A DNA stretch of 36,590 nt from a virus (taxonomy: Duplodnaviria > Caudoviricetes), in the IMG/VR virus record IMGVR_UViG_3300026026_000165, positions 1-36,590 of that record; one strand, written 5' to 3'. Position 1 is the first letter of the stretch. Every line of letters starts with the position of its first letter. Both the position numbers and the translations under genes were made by a program. Below are positions 35,711 to 36,590 of this stretch, in pieces. The notes under the pieces are model-generated. The model was not told where the DNA came from. It searched no databases and saw nothing but the letters and a program-made list of their open reading frames with translations.

Positions 35711-36082
35711 TCAAGCAATTATTTCAGATATATCATTATAAAAATCCTCTCCTGCTGATTTTACCGCTCTTATTCCATTTTTTCTTAATAAGTCGTAAAA
35801 TCCATGTTTTCCAAGCGGATAGGATGAAAATTTCCTTGATATATATAATTCATACAACCTTCCACGCTTAATTCTTCCAAAATTGTTGAAATCAGTATGA
35901 ATCCATTCAATTATGGAATTTACTTTTACTTTGAAAAAAGGACTTTGATTTTTATCATATTCCGTTTTTACTTCCGTCTGGTTCAATAAATCGATTAATT
36001 CCTGATTTAATCTAATATTTTTTTCAGAATTTTTTTTGATTTCTTCAATTTTTTCAATAAGATCATCTTTTAAATTATTCAT
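35711..36082 (-). CDS. Coiled coil plus winged-helix protein, paralogous to the primase-helicase C-terminus
   Basis: Aligns by eye with the last about 100 aa of 27599..30259; GAGG RBS. Confidence 0.7.
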   Translation of the reverse strand: MNNLKDDLIEKIEEIKKNSEKNIRLNQELIDLLNQTEVKTEYDKNQSPFFKVKVNSIIEWIHTDFNNFGRIKRGRLYELYISRKFSSYPLGKHGFYDLLRKNGIRAVKSAGEDFYNDISEIIA

Positions 36083-36100
36083 TTTACACCTCTAATATAA

Positions 36101-36129
36101 AATATATCCCTTTATTTTCTTTTTGTCAA
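36101..36129 (-). promoter_or_regulatory. Strong sigma70-like leftward promoter
   Basis: TTGACA (36124-29), 17 bp spacer, TATATT (36101-06). Confidence 0.75.
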
Positions 36130-36590
36130 TATAATATTAAATATAATATTTATATGGATTTTTTAATAAAAATAATGATTTTTTATTTTTTTGCTAAATA
36201 TAGATATAACTTATATTTACGTCTATTTTGGGGTTAAAATATTGAATTTTAACTATTATGAGAAATAAAAAAAAAGACTTATTAATATAGTATTTTCTTA
36301 TATTATATTCATACTTCACTTAAGGGAAGAAAAAAACAAAAATAGCAAATACACGTCTAATATATATTTTGCTCTATATAATTCCATCAAAATTTTCTCC
36401 TTTTGACCCCAAACTATGCGTAAAACATTATGACAAAACAAATTAACTTTGATTTAAAACGCCCCTATAATTTGGGAAAAAATAACAATAAAATTAAATT
36501 AAGGCTTAACTTATGACATAGATAGGAGTTAAGCAGGATAATCAAGGGGCCTCCTAGACGGGGGCGACTTATGCAATACTCTGCGAAGGG
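36130..36590. other. AT-rich non-coding terminal region (candidate origin and packaging/cos region)
   Basis: No ORF in the track; inverted repeat 36227-39 with 36401-13; GC-rich end resembling lambda cos. Confidence 0.4.

Overview
AT-rich tailed dsDNA bacteriophage genome (or most of one) with two convergent arms. The + strand (1-17151) is the late arm. It carries a lambda-type head (decoration protein fragment, gpE-like major capsid), neck proteins and a Mu-like contractile tail (sheath, tube, chaperone, tape measure, gpN/gp44/gp45/gp46/gp47/gp48-like baseplate). It ends with the tail fibre and a lysis cassette built on a GH19-type endolysin. The - strand (17226-36082) is the early/middle arm: two AntA-type antirepressors, a secreted lytic transglycosylase, two DNA methyltransferases, a CHC2-TOPRIM-SF3 primase-helicase, VRR-NUC, SF2 helicase, YqaJ/RecT, two YopX genes and many small ORFs. 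No integrase, CI-type repressor, terminase, portal, tRNA or CRISPR was seen; the window starts inside the head module and ends in a GC-rich cos-like stretch. Most notable observations: (1) a stand-alone paralogue of the primase-helicase C-terminal winged-helix domain, under a strong promoter next to the AT-rich terminal non-coding region; (2) a terminator/antiterminator/pseudoknot-like RNA leader before the antirepressor; (3) an identical 20-bp element upstream of two leftward promoters 8.5 kb apart; (4) an unannotated -1 frameshift extension of the tail chaperone; (5) two paralogous free-standing HNH-type endonucleases; (6) several small genes missed by the ORF track, including an RHH regulator and a 31-aa lipoprotein. 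All functional calls come from motif recognition by eye, not database searches.
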